NCBI GenBank assembly: GCA_963762565.1
Contig: CAVXLD010000007.1
Span: 288,001-352,000, forward strand
Length of the DNA: 64,000 bases
Direction of reading: 5' to 3'
Origin: an uncultured Verrucomicrobiae bacterium
GTDB lineage: Bacteria; Verrucomicrobiota; Verrucomicrobiia; Chthoniobacterales; JAFAMB01
A model generated the notes under the pieces. It had not been told where the DNA came from. It made no database searches and saw nothing but the letters and a program-made list of their open reading frames with translations. Every line of letters starts with the position of its first letter. Position 1 is the first letter of the stretch. A program made the translations under genes and the position numbers. This document shows positions 52,756 to 61,977 of this stretch, one piece after another.

Positions 52756-52934
52756 AGAAGTGAGAAGTGAGAAGTGATTGGTAGAGTGCGCCGACGCCGT
52801 TGAGTGACATCGTTTGATTACTCCAACGCTCACTACTCCCCGCCGATCCCCCGATTCACCGTCCCCCCTGACGCTTACCAATCACTAATCACCAATCACT
52901 AATCACCAATCACTAATCACTTCTCACCTCTCAC
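52756..52934. repeat. Inverted-repeat element with (AGAAGTG)n and (AATCACY)n/(TCTCAC) arms
   Basis: agaagtg x3 + attggta at 52756-52783; taccaatcactaatcacc... ttctcacctctcac at 52876-52934. Confidence 0.88.
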
Positions 52935-52979
52935 GCCTACTTCTCCCCGGCTAGCGCTTCGAATCCAGCGATCATAACT

Positions 52980-53026
52980 GCGAACAGCGAACGGTGAACG
53001 GTGAACCGCCAACCGCCAACCGCGAA
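52980..53026 (+). repeat. Single 7-bp tandem array (GGTGAAC/CGCCAAC)
   Basis: gcgaacagcgaacggtgaacggtgaaccgccaaccgccaaccgcgaa. Confidence 0.75.
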
Positions 53027-53070
53027 GCCCACCAACCCGCGGTTAAGCTCGAACAACCGCGGGTTGGTGG

Positions 53071-54483
53071 ATGTCCAAGGATCAGCCACACTTATCCACC
53101 GTGAAAAAGCACTATCAATTAGCAGTTGTGGGATCCGGATCCGGAGGTCAGGAGGCCGCGCTGGCTGCGGCAAAGGAAGGAATATCCGTGCTTTTAGTTG
53201 AAAAAGCGACTCTGGGCGGGACCTGTCTTCATCATGGCTGTTACCCTGTCCGAGCGCTGCGGGCGTGCGCGGAAGCAGCCAAGGATCGCCAGCTAAGCTC
53301 GAAATTCGGCCTGGAAAACGGTGGTAGCATGGTGGGTTTAGAAAAATGGCTTACCATTCAACGGCGAGTTAGCGCTCGCTTGACCCAAGATATAAACAAT
53401 CAACTCGAAAAAGCCGGCGTCACAATTCGGTTTGCCAAAGCTTCGCTCACCTCCCGGAATGAACTTCGGATAGCCAGCAGCCATGGCGAGATCGAGGAGA
53501 TCAAAGCTGACTACGTCGTAGTGGCTACCGGTTCGAGGCCCGCCTTTGAACCGAGGCTGTCTGGAACACACTACGTCAATAGCGATGCCTTGCTGACTCG
53601 AGCCGAGATACCGAAACATCTACTAATCGTTGGAGGTGGCTACATCGGCTGCGAGTTCGCTTCAATATTTCGTTCCTTAGGATCCGTTGTCACCCTTGTC
53701 GAAAGGGAGAACCGGTTGTTGCCAACTTGGGACGCTTCACTAGGCAGGTATATTGCTGACTGTCTGCGTTCGGCCGGAATCAATATTTTGCTTGAGCACG
53801 ATATGGACTTCCCAAGTCCAGGCCAGACCTTGGATGAACCGCTTATTGTCCTCGAGAACGGGATCCGCATTAACCCCGACCTGGTTCTGGCTGCGATTGG
53901 ACGGAAACCGAACATCGAAGATCTCGGCCTAGAAAATTTGGGTATTGAGACCAACCCTTTTGTGGTAGTCAATGAGCAACTGCAGACCAGTTGTCCGACA
54001 ATCTTCGCTGTCGGAGACATCAATGGATTAAGTTTGCTGGACAGCTCAGCGGTAGCGCAAGCTCGCATCGCGGTGGGTGCTATTTTCGGAAGGAAAGAGC
54101 CGTTCTCAGCGCGCTGGATCCCGCGATGTATCCATACGGATCCTCCGATTGCTTCTATCGGTTGGAACGAAGAAGAGGCGAATACAGCCGGCCTTGAAGT
54201 GATTTCTCATTGTCAGACTTTCCGGTTGGTTACGGATGATGAAAGAACGGTAGTGAATCCGTTGCCGACGATGGTGAAGGTTTTACTGCAACCCGAATCT
54301 CGCCAAATCATCGGTGTACACGTCGTTGGAACCCATGCGGCGGAGATTGTCAATCTCGCATCGATAGCAGCCCGGACTGGACTGACGCTTGATCAATTAC
54401 TGCAAGTTCCCTTAGTTCACCCCAGCGCGACTGAAGTGTTCCAGGAATGCGCCAAAGGTCTGGGGAAGGTCCCGGCGGGGTAG
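53071..54483 (+). CDS. Pyridine nucleotide-disulfide oxidoreductase (dihydrolipoamide dehydrogenase-like); start may be GTG 53101
   Basis: GSGSGG, GGTCLHHGCYP, ATGSRP, GGGYIG, AVGD, HPSATE. Confidence 0.88.
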   Translation: MSKDQPHLSTVKKHYQLAVVGSGSGGQEAALAAAKEGISVLLVEKATLGGTCLHHGCYPVRALRACAEAAKDRQLSSKFGLENGGSMVGLEKWLTIQRRVSARLTQDINNQLEKAGVTIRFAKASLTSRNELRIASSHGEIEEIKADYVVVATGSRPAFEPRLSGTHYVNSDALLTRAEIPKHLLIVGGGYIGCEFASIFRSLGSVVTLVERENRLLPTWDASLGRYIADCLRSAGINILLEHDMDFPSPGQTLDEPLIVLENGIRINPDLVLAAIGRKPNIEDLGLENLGIETNPFVVVNEQLQTSCPTIFAVGDINGLSLLDSSAVAQARIAVGAIFGRKEPFSARWIPRCIHTDPPIASIGWNEEEANTAGLEVISHCQTFRLVTDDERTVVNPLPTMVKVLLQPESRQIIGVHVVGTHAAEIVNLASIAARTGLTLDQLLQVPLVHPSATEVFQECAKGLGKVPAG

Positions 54484-54492
54484 GGGTCAGGG

Positions 54493-54761
54493 GGTTATGA
54501 GTTATGAGTTATAAGTTATAGGTTGTGGGTTGTAGTTCGCGCCTGCAATTTTCGCTGCGGTGGCTTCCGTGGGTTGGTTCTGGTGTGTTTTCGCTATCCG
54601 CTTAATCGAGCAAGACCGGAGCTTTGTTGACCAAAACGCGGATAGCAGGTCAGAGGGGAATCCGGGAAATTCGGAATCATGAAACCAGGTACGCGACGAG
54701 AATTAATAACCCTGCACGTGGTTACCTAAAACCCATAACAGATAACCTATAGCCTATAACT
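54493..54761. repeat. Inverted-repeat element with (RGTTRTR)n / (YATAACY-like)n arms
   Basis: ggttatgagttatgagttataagttataggttgtgggttgtag vs ctaaaacccataacagataacctatagcctataact. Confidence 0.82.
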
Positions 54762-55309
54762 TACGACTTGTGATCCAATAGCAGCCTGGTCGTGACCACG
54801 CCCGCTAAACAGGTGATCCCTCCGGCAACCGCCGCCGGTATCGAGGCGGTGGTTAACAGTGGAACGTTCAGAGAGAACCAAAGTGCGGACGTAATCATGC
54901 AGCAGATCACCGCGTCCAGCCACAAGGCGGCAATACCAATTAGAACGCCAGCCAACGTGCACAGCAGCCATTTAGAAAAGACGACATTCGGAGGAGCGAA
55001 AATGTCAAAAGCAAAAAAAACAATAATCCAAGGAAGCATAAGAGGAAATCCGGCAACCGTGATCATTAGGGCAAGCGCTGCGGCAATCATCGCTGTGGAC
55101 GTTGGTGAAAATGGAAGCTGGGCATCGAAGCCGCCCAGCCCGATGATCCCTTGAATTGTTAGGGTAAGCCAAAGGGCGAATAAGCCCGTTAAGAGAGCCA
55201 GCGTGGCTCCCTGGAGCTGCTTCGTATACAAAGCTAAGCTGCTGGTCGGATGCGAACTCTTAGGTTGTGCAATGTGGTTGAATTCAGGAAGAAAATGGAC
55301 GGTGTTCAT
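54761..55309 (-). CDS. Hypothetical membrane protein
   Basis: Several hydrophobic helices; start uncertain. Confidence 0.6.
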   Translation of the reverse strand: MNTVHFLPEFNHIAQPKSSHPTSSLALYTKQLQGATLALLTGLFALWLTLTIQGIIGLGGFDAQLPFSPTSTAMIAAALALMITVAGFPLMLPWIIVFFAFDIFAPPNVVFSKWLLCTLAGVLIGIAALWLDAVICCMITSALWFSLNVPLLTTASIPAAVAGGITCLAGVVTTRLLLDHKS

Positions 55310-55421
55310 ACTTCCGTTTATACCCGTAACCAGAGTCGCACCTCCCGCCCTTTGGCAAAGGTTCAACTTGGATTGCTTTTGCGATAGCTCGCCTGACCCG
55401 GAACGAGGACGCTTCCCCCAG

Positions 55422-55466
55422 CTACAACCTACAACTTAAAACCTATAACCTACAACCTATAACTTA
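55422..55466. repeat. 7-bp tandem array (CTAYAAC-like)
   Basis: ctacaacctacaacttaaaacctataacctacaacctataac. Confidence 0.85.
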
Positions 55467-56324
55467 ACCTCTATCCCATGCCGCGAGGAAAGTATCCACC
55501 AACATCGGTAGCAGGTGGCTGTAACCTCCCTCTAAGATGGCGGCGGTGGGTAGGCCTGTTTCTCTGAGTCGTTGGCCAAGGCCGGCAAAATGTTCAGGCT
55601 GTAACGTCATATCGGTGAGTGGATCACCAGCAAAGGCATCAAAGCCGGCTGATACCAAGAGCAGGTCAGGAATAAACTGCAGGCATCGATCCAGTGCTTG
55701 GTGGAGGGCTGACATGTGCTCAGTAGCGTCGCTGCCCGGGGAGATCGGCCAATTGAACACATTGCCGCCAGAGCTGTTGCCAGTACCTGGATAGCCCGGG
55801 TATTGGTGGACTGAGGCGAACCGGATCCGATTATTACCGGAAACAATCGCTTCCGTACCGTTACCATGGTGGGCGTCGAAATCCCAGATGGCGACTCGTT
55901 CACAACCGGTGGCGATAGCGTGTAGTGCGGCGATGGCGATCGAATTTAAATAGCAGAAACCCATCGCCTTGCTCGACGTGGCGTGATGGCCAGGGGGGCG
56001 CATAAGCGAGAAACTTTCTCGACCGCGAAGTGCCAGATCAATGGAACCAATCGCAGCTCCTGCGGCGCGGCGAGCGTGTTCGTCGATACCCGGATAGTAG
56101 GGGGTATCCGCGTCGAAATCGACGGGTTGCCGCAGCCGGTCCAGATGCTCCTGGCGGTGCCCGCGCAGGACCTCTTCCTCAGCGGCTAGTCGCGGTCTAA
56201 TCCAAGGCCAATCGGAGTGTTTATCGAGTAGATAAGCCTCGGTGTTGATCAACCGCGCCGGATGTTCAGGATGCTCATCCTGGCCAAACTCGGTCGCGGC
56301 TTTGTCATAGATCAACGTAACCAT
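55464..56324 (-). CDS. Zn-dependent deacetylase (HDAC/AcuC family)
   Basis: HPE..RL, RPPGHHA, GFC, DFDAHHGNGT, SAGFDA, LEGGY. Confidence 0.93.
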   Translation of the reverse strand: MVTLIYDKAATEFGQDEHPEHPARLINTEAYLLDKHSDWPWIRPRLAAEEEVLRGHRQEHLDRLRQPVDFDADTPYYPGIDEHARRAAGAAIGSIDLALRGRESFSLMRPPGHHATSSKAMGFCYLNSIAIAALHAIATGCERVAIWDFDAHHGNGTEAIVSGNNRIRFASVHQYPGYPGTGNSSGGNVFNWPISPGSDATEHMSALHQALDRCLQFIPDLLLVSAGFDAFAGDPLTDMTLQPEHFAGLGQRLRETGLPTAAILEGGYSHLLPMLVDTFLAAWDRG

Positions 56325-56354
56325 GAATAGAAATCGATTCCGGCTGCCTGGAAC

Positions 56355-56414
56355 AAACACCTAACACCTAACACGTAAAACCTAAAACCTAAAACTTACA
56401 ACGAATAACCTATA
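56355..56414. repeat. 7-bp tandem array (CTAAMAC-like)
   Basis: aaacacctaacacctaacacgtaaaacctaaaacctaaaacttacaac. Confidence 0.85.
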
Positions 56415-56486
56415 GAAACGTCCACGTTGCCGGCGCTCACGTGGAGTCACCATATTACTCGGGACGCACGATCTGCACAGCGCCTT

Positions 56487-56777
56487 TCATATCGCGGCTC
56501 GGTGTACCAGTGATTCTTGCCGAGATAAAATTCTTTGGCACTTGAGCGCTTGCTCCGCTTCAAATTTCGCTTCACCCAGCGAGAAGTAGCCGTGAGGGCT
56601 GCCAATCAATTGGCTGTTTTCTATGCAGAAGTGTGGTCCGGCGCTGTACAGCACAAGCCACCGCCTGCAACCGACCGAACTATCGACTCGACTGAATATA
56701 AAGAGATATCCAGGCCCGCTTTTCGCGAGCCATCCGTCTTCATGTCTAGACCATTCAACTGTGTCAATCGTAATCAT
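56487..56777 (-). CDS. Hypothetical protein
   Basis: 96-aa ORF with ATG and GGAAGA upstream, co-oriented with neighbours. Confidence 0.5.
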   Translation of the reverse strand: MITIDTVEWSRHEDGWLAKSGPGYLFIFSRVDSSVGCRRWLVLYSAGPHFCIENSQLIGSPHGYFSLGEAKFEAEQALKCQRILSRQESLVHRAAI

Positions 56778-56857
56778 TTTCTTCCGCGACCGGTGTGGGT
56801 TTTACATTATAAGTTAAGGTTGTTACCTCTATTGGTAATCAGTGGAAATTGACTTGC

Positions 56858-57091
56858 TTACAAACCATTGTCGCCGATTGCTTCAACCGGGCAATCTGCC
56901 ATTGCCTCCTGACACAAAGCTTCTTCGTCCGGTGTCTCCGGTTGACGGAAAACATAGGAGTGACCACTTGCCTCGTCGCGCCTGAAGATATCAGGTGCGA
57001 TTTCCCGGCACTGATCGCAATCAATACACTGGTCGTCCACATAGAATCGCCCTAGGGCATTTTCTTGGTATTTGTTAGTTACGTCTGCCAT
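56858..57091 (-). CDS. Small single-cluster ferredoxin
   Basis: CIDCDQC...AP..F and CPVEAI. Confidence 0.9.
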   Translation of the reverse strand: MADVTNKYQENALGRFYVDDQCIDCDQCREIAPDIFRRDEASGHSYVFRQPETPDEEALCQEAMADCPVEAIGDNGL

Positions 57092-57146
57092 ATGGTATGG
57101 ATGCGTCTGGTTCGACCGTCGTACTGCCCATGCCTTGGCCAATTGC

Positions 57147-57763
57147 ATCCGCAGATTGATGACGCGCCTCGTTTTTGATAGGAGCCAAAGTCCGCAGAGT
57201 GTCCAGTTTACGGTTTTAGGGATTATGACTCGTTACCGGTTCAACTGGTACTTTGCTCAATCCGCAACGCGCCAGACCTAAGACCGTATCTGCGTTGATC
57301 TGTGTGATTTCACCCCGAAAGCTTTCGGGGCTGCGGATATTTCAATCTGAGGATCGGAGTTGATATCCTTGGCAAAGTCCACGGATCATGACATCAAAGA
57401 AAGCATGAAAATCGGCATCGTCGGTTGTGGAATGGTGGGATCAAGTGTTGCCTTTGCCTTGGTCATGAGGGGCGTGGGTCGAGAAGTCGTCCTTAGCAGA
57501 ATTCCGTTACGTCTTGACCCTTGTGAACAAAAGGACTTAGAACGCAGCGCATCGATTGTCCACGACGCGATCGAATCCCTGCGACTCTAAAATAATTCCA
57601 CCAAGATACAGGTGAGAAATTATAGACATCCGCAGATTACACAGACTTACACGAAGTCTCGCTAGCGAGGTAGGACAAGAACAGCGCGGCCCTGTTGGAA
57701 CGGCTTTCTTTATCCCAGAACAAGCATTCAACCTCTAAACGAAATCTGCGGAGTCTGCGGATA
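57147..57763. repeat. Two inverted-repeat elements with 9-bp-period (CGCAGATTA-like) arms flanking the ldh relic
   Basis: atccgcagatt (57147) / atctgcgttgatctgtgtgat..ctgcggat (57288-57340); atccgcagattacacagac (57628) / aatctgcggagtctgcggat (57743-57762). Confidence 0.7.
57405..57590 (+). pseudogene. ldh: L-lactate dehydrogenase relic with large in-frame internal deletion
   Basis: N-terminal MKIGIVGCGMVGSSVAFALV..GVGREVVL joined directly to the C-terminal helix L..EQKDLERSASIV. Confidence 0.78.
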
Positions 57764-57791
57764 TTTCCACTAGTTGGCTATCGGCTATTGA

Positions 57792-58286
57792 CTATGCGGC
57801 TTCCGTTTGATAGACCAAAACCGGACAACTTGCCCGATGGAATATATGCGGCGCCTGGTCCAATCCCAAAGTCCGGGCTAAGAAGCCGGGATGATGACTA
57901 GCAGCAATGATAAGGTCCGCGTCGATGGCTTGGGCTGAGAGCACGACTTCTTCGGCGGGATCGCCGACTCGAAAATCATCATGACATTCAATGCCGGTCC
58001 GCCGGAGGTTTTCGATCAGCTTAGCTAACTTAGCTACCGTTCGGCGCCGCCCTTCCTCGAAGGCGTCGTGAGCTAGTTCGCCGGTGAATTCGGTGACCGG
58101 TTCCGGCGCGAACACGTGTACGACCGTAAGAGCCGCATCGAAGCGTTTAGCCAACTCGGCGGCGTAAGCCGCCGTCTTCTTCGATCGTGACGTCAAGTCG
58201 ATGGCCACCACGATCTTTCGTATGTTCAAGTTGGATGTACTCAACTCTTCACTCTCTGCCTCTGTTCTCGATAAAGCCTGGGACAC
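57792..58286 (-). CDS. Universal stress protein
   Basis: IVVAIDLT, GDPAEEV, ASHHPG, ASCPVLVY. Confidence 0.9.
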   Translation of the reverse strand: MSQALSRTEAESEELSTSNLNIRKIVVAIDLTSRSKKTAAYAAELAKRFDAALTVVHVFAPEPVTEFTGELAHDAFEEGRRRTVAKLAKLIENLRRTGIECHDDFRVGDPAEEVVLSAQAIDADLIIAASHHPGFLARTLGLDQAPHIFHRASCPVLVYQTEAA

Positions 58287-58325
58287 GTTCTGTTCCTTTC
58301 TCTAACTGCGGGTAACGCCAAGCTT

Positions 58326-58820
58326 TTACTCGGCGCCCTCGTGATAGACGAGAACCGGACAGCCGGCGCGATGCAAGATCCTCGGCGCTTGATCCAACCC
58401 AAACAAACGACCCAGGAAACCGGGATGATGGCTGGCGGTAATAATCAGATCAGCGTTCGTTTCCCGAGCCAGTTGCGTTACTTGTTCAGCGGGGTCTCCA
58501 ATGCGGAACTCCACATTGCAATCCGGATAGCCTTCACGGAGACTTTCCATTAGCGTCCGTAATCTTCGCTGAGTCGCGCGTTGCTCCTCTTCGAAGGATT
58601 CGTGAACTTCCTGAGTAGTGAATTCAGTGATGTGCTCCGTTGGGAACACGTGCACCAAAGTAATTGACGCCGCAAAACTTCTGGCAAACTCAACCGCATA
58701 AGCCGCCGTCTTTTCAGAGTGCGGCGACAGGTCGACCGCCACCACAATCGTTTTGATATTCAAGTCGTATTCGCTCGATATATCTTTTTCTGTTTCTCTT
58801 TGTTCTAGGATTTCGTTCAT
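58326..58820 (-). CDS. Universal stress protein
   Basis: IVVAVDLSPHS, GDPAEQV, ASHHPG, AGCPVLVY. Confidence 0.9.
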   Translation of the reverse strand: MNEILEQRETEKDISSEYDLNIKTIVVAVDLSPHSEKTAAYAVEFARSFAASITLVHVFPTEHITEFTTQEVHESFEEEQRATQRRLRTLMESLREGYPDCNVEFRIGDPAEQVTQLARETNADLIITASHHPGFLGRLFGLDQAPRILHRAGCPVLVYHEGAE

Positions 58821-58915
58821 ATCGTCTCCTAACCTTTTCTCTGTGTGACTGTAGATTACTGGATGGGTGCTTACTGATCCTTTATTGACCAAAGCAGCAC
58901 GCTGGTTGCCGTGAT

Positions 58916-59425
58916 TCAGCCTCGCCCACAGGCCAATTTCTCTGGTGCTTCGTGATAGACCAAAACCGGACAACTAGCCTGATGTAAAATCCTTGGCGCC
59001 TGATCCCAGCCGAACAGCCGAGTCAGAAAAGGTGGGTGATGGCTTGCTGTAATGATCAGATCAGCGCCCAAATCCTGTGCTAGCCCTGTGATCTGTTCAG
59101 CCGGATCACCGTTTCGAAATCGCATGTCACAATTTTCGTAAGTCTGCCGGATCTTTCTGACCAATTCGCCGAGCTTTCGCTCGGTCTTGTGTCGTTCCTC
59201 CTCCGCAGGCGTCTCATTGGCGTTGTGCGTTCTTACCGGCTCGGTGTTGAAAACATGTACCAGTGTGATCGAAGCGCCGAAGCTCTTAGCAAAATCCGCT
59301 GCATAGGCAGCGGTCCTCTCTGAATGCGGAGATAGATCCACCGCAACGACGATCCTCTTAATGTTAAGGTCGTCCATGCTTGTCTCTTTGGCGTTTGTTG
59401 CTGATTGCTCTAAGACTTTTTTCAT
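58916..59425 (-). CDS. Universal stress protein
   Basis: IVVAVDLSPHS, GDPAEQI, ASHHP, ASCPVLVY. Confidence 0.9.
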   Translation of the reverse strand: MKKVLEQSATNAKETSMDDLNIKRIVVAVDLSPHSERTAAYAADFAKSFGASITLVHVFNTEPVRTHNANETPAEEERHKTERKLGELVRKIRQTYENCDMRFRNGDPAEQITGLAQDLGADLIITASHHPPFLTRLFGWDQAPRILHQASCPVLVYHEAPEKLACGRG

Positions 59426-59518
59426 GATCTTCCTTCTGTCTTTGATATGAGCAAAGCTAGGGCAGCAATCGTTCTAACGCTGACCCGCCATTGCTCAAAG
59501 CCAGTCCTGTTTTGCTGA

Positions 59519-59965
59519 TCATACGAGAAAAGCCCATCTCGCTTCATCCTCGATTCTGTCCCTGATCTCCGGCCATAAGGTCCCAAAAAAACCCTCTACG
59601 GCTAAATACCGAATTAACGCCGCTTCGCGCTCAGGGGTTAAGGGACGGCAGCTTGCCAATCGAAATTGCTTTTTCCCGTCTGGGGATTCGCTTTCGTATG
59701 CGACGAGGTAGTAGCCATGAAGTTGAATGGAACCCAATTCGACACCGTTTATTTCCATTGGTAGTCCATCTTCTTCAGTCGCGATCAGGAACAATCTAAA
59801 TCCAATGATGCACAGGGTAACTCCCCCGAGCCCAAGAGCGAGATTCACCGCCAAACAAACAGAGCTTTCCCAGTTTAGTATGCCGATTAGGACGAAACCG
59901 CTGATTAAACTTAAAAATCCGCCACAGGTGTGCAAGAGAACCCATTTCTTTTTACGTTTTTGCAT
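59519..59965 (-). CDS. Hypothetical protein with two N-terminal TM helices
   Basis: 148-aa ORF, hydrophobic N-half and soluble C-half. Confidence 0.55.
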   Translation of the reverse strand: MQKRKKKWVLLHTCGGFLSLISGFVLIGILNWESSVCLAVNLALGLGGVTLCIIGFRLFLIATEEDGLPMEINGVELGSIQLHGYYLVAYESESPDGKKQFRLASCRPLTPEREAALIRYLAVEGFFGTLWPEIRDRIEDEARWAFLV

Positions 59966-60229
59966 GGTCTGCTATCGGTTAAATTCTTTTGTCTTTGTGT
60001 TCTTATGTGTTCGAAAATCAAACGGCTTGGTGGAATTAAAAACGACTGACCATACATGCCGGCTGAACAGCGCGCTGCGCGTCTATTGTTCGATATGCCG
60101 CGGATTTTGGTCTAGCAGGCTGCTGAAGAGAACGAAGGGGATTGCTTTGTCCGCCAGGGACTAACCGACGTTAGTCTGTTATGGCGCCAAGCGGTCGCTA
60201 TCAGGTCAAACCCACCCTATTCAATAGTC

Positions 60230-61684
60230 TCAAGACAACTCAGAATCCCCTGCTGGTAGAAATAGCCGGTGGAAAGGCCGACGGGCCAGGCGTCCCTTGG
60301 TTCTCCGGTTTAAGAGCGATGTCCGGAACCGCTCCAGATTATCTTGGCAATGTGGTTGGAAACAGATGTTCTGTGCTTGAGTCGAGCAACAATTGAAATC
60401 GACCAAATCATCGTAACCGGCAAGAATGAGTCCGGCAAAGACCCGAGTAAAAAATTCCGCTCTGGCGGCTGGGTCGTAATTATTACAATAGACTTTCCCC
60501 TCAAAATCACGCTCAAATCGTGAGCGGATCAACCCGGCGATGTTACGAGGATGCCAGCCGAGCGACAACAATGTGATCACGACTCTTCGCATGCTAGAGG
60601 GACGGAGCAGAAAATCGTTCGGGTTTTGCAGCAAGAACCGGACACACGGAGGTAAATGATTCATGTCGATGCCATCAGAAGCTGTGAGCCAGCTCTCTAG
60701 TGGATCCGGTTCTTGGGCATAGAAGTCGCAATGAAACTGGGCGAGATCGGACGAAAGGCAGCTGTTTAGCAACCTTTCGGTTCCCTCCGAGCAATCTGGA
60801 ATCTTTGCCGGCGCATAGCGAGCAAGAGCAATGACCGCCTCCGGATTACGCATCGTATGCAAGGCCTCAGGTACGTCCATCTCATAGAGGGGGATCACAA
60901 ACAGTGGCGGTAGACTCGATGCGACCTGACCCATAGTGTCGCCAACCTGTACCGGGCCTTCAAGGTAACGACTGTAGGCGGCTCTCGTGAAACGCGCATA
61001 CAGCGGATCGCCAAACTCGGAAATATCAAAACAAATCATCTCTCGACCCAGCTCGCTTGGCCCCACTTCGATAGCGGAGAGCTCAATCGGCAATTTCAGG
61101 ATGGGCGCGCACTGTTTTTTTATCTCGGCGGCGAAGTATTCGACGATCTGGCCGAGGCCGGCAAAGGCATTGCCTAAGAGGTGATCAATCTTGGCGCCAG
61201 AAGGCAAAATCTGTTTATCGTAGCGATCTCTCAGTGAAGAAGGCATTCTGCCCAAGTGGGCGAGTCGAGAAAAACAATCTGAGTTGCGCCGAATCCGCCA
61301 CAGGAAATGGTGGCCTCGTCCGCTCAGCAAGTGAAGCGGCGCGATTCCATAGCTCAAGAGAGTTTTTTGTATCTCGTGCCTTAGCGGTTCTTGCAGGCTG
61401 AATGCCCGTTCAAACTGAGTATCCGGTAGAGCCGGGTTATCGAAGTTAACATATTGGATATGCAGATCGGCGAGCAGAGAGTCTCGATCCCAGAGCGGAC
61501 CAAAGATTTCCCGATGGTTGCGCAAGCTAGCGCTTAACTCGCTGAGGGGGCGGGGAGCAGGAGAGAGCTGCGTCTCTATATCGGGGGTAGCGAAATAGAC
61601 CGCTGCGCAATTTGAACTATTTGCTTCGACGCCCAGAAATTCCGCGATCCTGGCGCGGACTGACCAATCTGAATAATGGTTCAT
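60230..61684 (-). CDS. Uncharacterised protein, putative archaeo-eukaryotic primase (AEP)-like domain plus Cys-rich C-terminus
   Basis: SGRGHHF, hhhD-type strands, LPPC and CCxxQxxxxCxxxxC; assignment by motif only. Confidence 0.55.
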   Translation of the reverse strand: MNHYSDWSVRARIAEFLGVEANSSNCAAVYFATPDIETQLSPAPRPLSELSASLRNHREIFGPLWDRDSLLADLHIQYVNFDNPALPDTQFERAFSLQEPLRHEIQKTLLSYGIAPLHLLSGRGHHFLWRIRRNSDCFSRLAHLGRMPSSLRDRYDKQILPSGAKIDHLLGNAFAGLGQIVEYFAAEIKKQCAPILKLPIELSAIEVGPSELGREMICFDISEFGDPLYARFTRAAYSRYLEGPVQVGDTMGQVASSLPPLFVIPLYEMDVPEALHTMRNPEAVIALARYAPAKIPDCSEGTERLLNSCLSSDLAQFHCDFYAQEPDPLESWLTASDGIDMNHLPPCVRFLLQNPNDFLLRPSSMRRVVITLLSLGWHPRNIAGLIRSRFERDFEGKVYCNNYDPAARAEFFTRVFAGLILAGYDDLVDFNCCSTQAQNICFQPHCQDNLERFRTSLLNRRTKGRLARRPFHRLFLPAGDSELS

Positions 61685-61977
61685 GTGCTAAACGACTTAA
61701 ACAAGGGGAAACACCAGACTACGTGTGATCCAGTGTTTGGCATTCACTAACCTAACATCGAAGAGTGCCGCTGGGTCGCTCACCGCTTCTTGGCAGAGTA
61801 TGACCGCTGATTGCGGCGCTGCCGGTGGAGGCGAAAGGATCTAAATCCACGCGAAACTCGGAAGAATGATCACTCATCACTACGCGCATGCCAGAGCAAA
61901 TGGCGCGTAGCTTTCGACAATCCGGCGCTGGTTAGCTTTATCCAGAAAGCTAATTTTCTTAAAGGAGGAGGTTCACT

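Noticed and set aside
46518..56414. Short repeat arrays as CRISPR
   Set aside because: They are 7-bp contiguous units with no unique spacers, and there are no cas genes.
59443..59456. FNR/CRP box upstream of the USP triplet (TTGATATGAGCAAA)
   Set aside because: Only one half-site matches, and I could not find it consistently upstream of the other USP genes.
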